NCBI RefSeq assembly: GCF_006345805.1
Contig: NC_043011.1
Span: forward strand, 1,302,001-1,366,000
DNA length: 64,000 nt
From: Octopus sinensis
Taxonomy: Eukaryota
Direction of reading: 5' to 3'
Under the pieces are notes generated by a model, which searched no databases, was not told the origin of the DNA, and was given only the letters and a program-made list of their open reading frames with translations. Both the position numbers and the translations under genes were made by a program. Position 1 is the stretch's first letter. Every line of letters starts with the position of its first letter. Positions 61,000-64,000 of the stretch are shown one piece after another.

Positions 61000-62700
61000 A
61001 GAAATAGGACAAATAATGATGAGAAACAAAAGATGGGTTATTGATATGCATTATAAAAATATTATATGCACAAAATTGTACAATAAAATATATAGTTATA
61101 TAAATACATCAAAAATGCATTGAAAATATATAAATATATCAGTACAAATATATCAATAAAATATATTAATACAAATATATTAAGATTATACAAATATATA
61201 GTCTCACTTGCAATAAAAATGATATTGAAATATTTATATAGAATAGGTGGAGTATAATATCAAAATATAATGTTATAAAGGCATATGGTAGGTTATAAGT
61301 CTTTAAGGTCTGATGGCCGTTTCTGGGGACATAGTGGTCCAAAGATATAAGAGATTCTAAAGTCCATTAATTCAAACCACTGCCTCCTTCTTCAGGGAAG
61401 TTATCAATTGATAGGTTTACATTTGTTATGCAGATGTGGTGGAATTCAAAATTGACAGACTTTATAAAGAGCTACACTTATCATTAAGGGATGTGGATGT
61501 TAGGTGCTTCTTTTTTTTTTATTATAGGGTAGTAGGAAGGGAGAAAATACTATATTAGTATGAAGCTATCAATAATATTAGACGTGGAGGGTGAGAGGAG
61601 AAGGTATAATCCAAGCTTTTACAATTCAGATTTAATTAAATAATAATTTATTGTGAAGTTATGAAGAGTTAGCCAAATGTCTAAGGGTCAAATAATACCT
61701 GAGTCTACAATAGAAGGTAACATCTAAAAATCTATTTAACATTGAAGAATTATACTTACACAGAATGATTCTTTAATACAGAGTTTACATTTACATGTAT
61801 ATGAATTGTTAGGGGGTGGCTTCTGTTACAATTGACCAGGTTAGTTTGTACTGCATATTTTGTGCTTTGAGAGCATGGGTCTGCATAGCTAATGAAGCAG
61901 AAAATTTGGTTTTTGGGTTAATAAAAGAATATGTGCATGATATCTACACTTAAAGTCTACTGTGCACCCAATATATATCATTGCCTTGTGGTTTCAGGAT
62001 GTCATCACAGAGCATTTATATATTACATTTTTGGTGTAAGCAAAATCCTTCAAGAGGTATAAATTGGATACTCAATAGTTACAGGATTTTTCATTTTTTT
62101 GATAGAATATCTCTCTCATGAAGCTAATCTAGGTTGACATGTCGTCAATAAGGGTGAGTCCAAGTCAAAGTTTATAACAGAATTAGAATGAATGGTTATG
62201 TTGGAACTGGTATCCACTATTTGGTAATTGGGTTTGCAGGATAATGTCATCATTTTAGAATTACTTAGCCTAGGATAGTTGTTAATAACTATAGTACTGT
62301 TATTGTCTGGATCCACTTATGGTGCTATATAGGGATTTATATGTTCAGCCGACTGGCCTTGGGGTTTGCAACTATTGAGGGCAGCTATGATAGATTGGTG
62401 GTTAGGTGTGGTGGAGTATGAAATTTTTTATTGAAGATTTATTGAGAATGGAGTAAAACTTGTGCTGTGGTAGAAAGTTTCATTTTTCAGATATAAAAAA
62501 ATAATTTTTTAATTAAGGGTGGTGTGAACCATAAAATTTCATGTTTTCTGGAGGCAAGTTTTTTTGACTGTGTTTATAGGGAGCTGATCAAGATGGGGAG
62601 ATTTAAAGTTATCGCAGGACCAAGGGTACCAATGGTGTTGATGTACATAATTTGAAAACGGTTTTCTTGTTCTAGACCAATTGGTTTTATTTACATTCAT
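61000..62700 (-). pseudogene. Old Penelope-like relic (GIY-YIG at about 61750-62060, AT-rich terminal region)
   Basis: NVIYKCSV...MIYIGCT.DFK.RYHAH, YKLTWSIVTEATP and CKCKLCIKE across frameshifts. Confidence 0.65.
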
Positions 62701-63054
62701 GGTTGTGGTTAGCCTATTATTATTTTTGGATGTATTTGTGCTTTTGTTTGAGTTGTTACAGCTGTCATGTGTTGGTTAGTTAGTGTACTTGTTACAGTTG
62801 TGTTTTCTTGGTTGGTTCACATTATCATTCAAGTCATTGTTACTGTGATGTGTTATGTGGTTGGCATTTGCATTGTCTCCAGGGTTGTTATATATGTCAC
62901 AGTTATTTTCAGTGCAGTCTGTGCACTGTCTGAGTTTTCAATTATTAATCCTACGAATGTGGTGCTCTGTATCTGATGTGTCTGCATATGACAGTTCTAC
63001 AGTGTGCCGGTTGAATAGTTTGCTGTGTGTGCCATTTTCAGGGAAGTAATCATC

Positions 63055-63230
63055 AAGTGCAGCAAAGAACTGTTTTGCAATCCTGAATGAGATGTTCTTG
63101 AACAGCACACTTCATTTCATATTGCTCCAATCTACTCAGCAGTAAATGGGTAAACCTGTGATGGACTAGTCTTCCAGTTGAGAGGAATGTGGGCCTGTTT
63201 GCCGAGCCAGCAGACTGGCATAATTTAAAG
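63055..63230 (+). mobile_element. Ancient SINE with V/Meta-superfamily-like domain
   Basis: ATGTTCTTGAACAGCACACTTCATTTCATATTGCTCCAATCTACTCAGCAGTAAATGGGTAAACCTGTGATGGACTAG. Confidence 0.55.
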
Positions 63231-63466
63231 GCTAAAACAATGCAAAACACATTGTAACCAGCAATGTATAACAACATCTCTGATACTCTGAATGATCATG
63301 GGATCATGTGATGTGCATATATATATGTATGTGTGTGCGTCCGTGTGTGTGCGTATAAATATCTACTTGGTTCAGTCATTAGACTGCAGTCATACTGGGG
63401 CACTGTCTTGATATAGTATATGTATATATATATATATATATTATATGTGTGTGTATATATATATTA

Positions 63467-63548
<82 letters not shown>

Positions 63549-64000
63549 TATATTTATACACACACACACACGTGTGTGTATGCATGTTTACATTTGCATT
63601 TCTCGAAAAAAATTGCTGTCACTGCTCCTGTCAACACATTATCCACTCTCTTTGTTGCTTTGGATGCATGTAGAGTAAGGTAAAATTTTCTTCCTTGAAA
63701 TATAGGCAGGTGAAAACCAAGAACAGCATGTAGCTGTAAAACAATTTCTCAATAATACTCTCATAGGAGCATAAAAAAAACTGGTGTAAACACAAATGGA
63801 CAGGAAAAAGATAAATCCATTTACACATAAGCATGTGCATGCACACGCACACATACATACACACATGTGCACACACACACAGAGTTTCACAAAATATATA
63901 ATCATTATCTATAAAAAAAATAGATGTGTCATGCAATGATTCATCTTTTAGGTATGGTTCTTGAAACTTCAGATATATATGATATGATAAGTTTCATCCT

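Noticed and set aside
61300-61345. Hammerhead remnant on the minus strand (GGAC..GTCC-CCA-GAAAC-GGCC-ATC-AGA)
   Set aside because: The CUGANGA core is absent, so it is counted only as part of the old PLE relic.

Overview
AT-rich, microsatellite-dense animal genomic DNA. It is most likely an octopus; this is inferred from the SINE/RTE repeat landscape, not proven. The window is essentially intronic/intergenic and dominated by retroelements. No host gene can be identified with confidence, only a few weak candidate exons. Main contents: (1) a near full-length RTE-clade LINE on the minus strand (2711-6485) whose APE-RT ORF has only two in-frame stops, a C4HC3 PHD finger inserted in the RT C-terminal part, tandem 5' monomers and a hairpin-rich ~60-bp VNTR in the 3'UTR, plus about ten 5'-truncated relatives; (2) several Penelope-like elements (PLEs), including a young one (58380-60365) bracketed by 349-bp inverted terminal repeats that each carry a hammerhead-ribozyme fold, and about a dozen further hammerhead-like motifs, many with non-canonical cores, embedded in (TA)n tracts; (3) two abundant tRNA-headed SINE families (my labels A and B), with family A forming head-to-tail multimers; (4) R4/Dong relics and an (AAT)n-embedded 560-bp retroposon; (5) decayed Tigger, Chapaev3-like and hAT transposases, piggyBac-like MITEs and several long foldbacks/palindromes, some possibly assembly artefacts. 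Most short ORFs in the supplied track are microsatellite or antisense artefacts. Coordinates of decayed elements are approximate.
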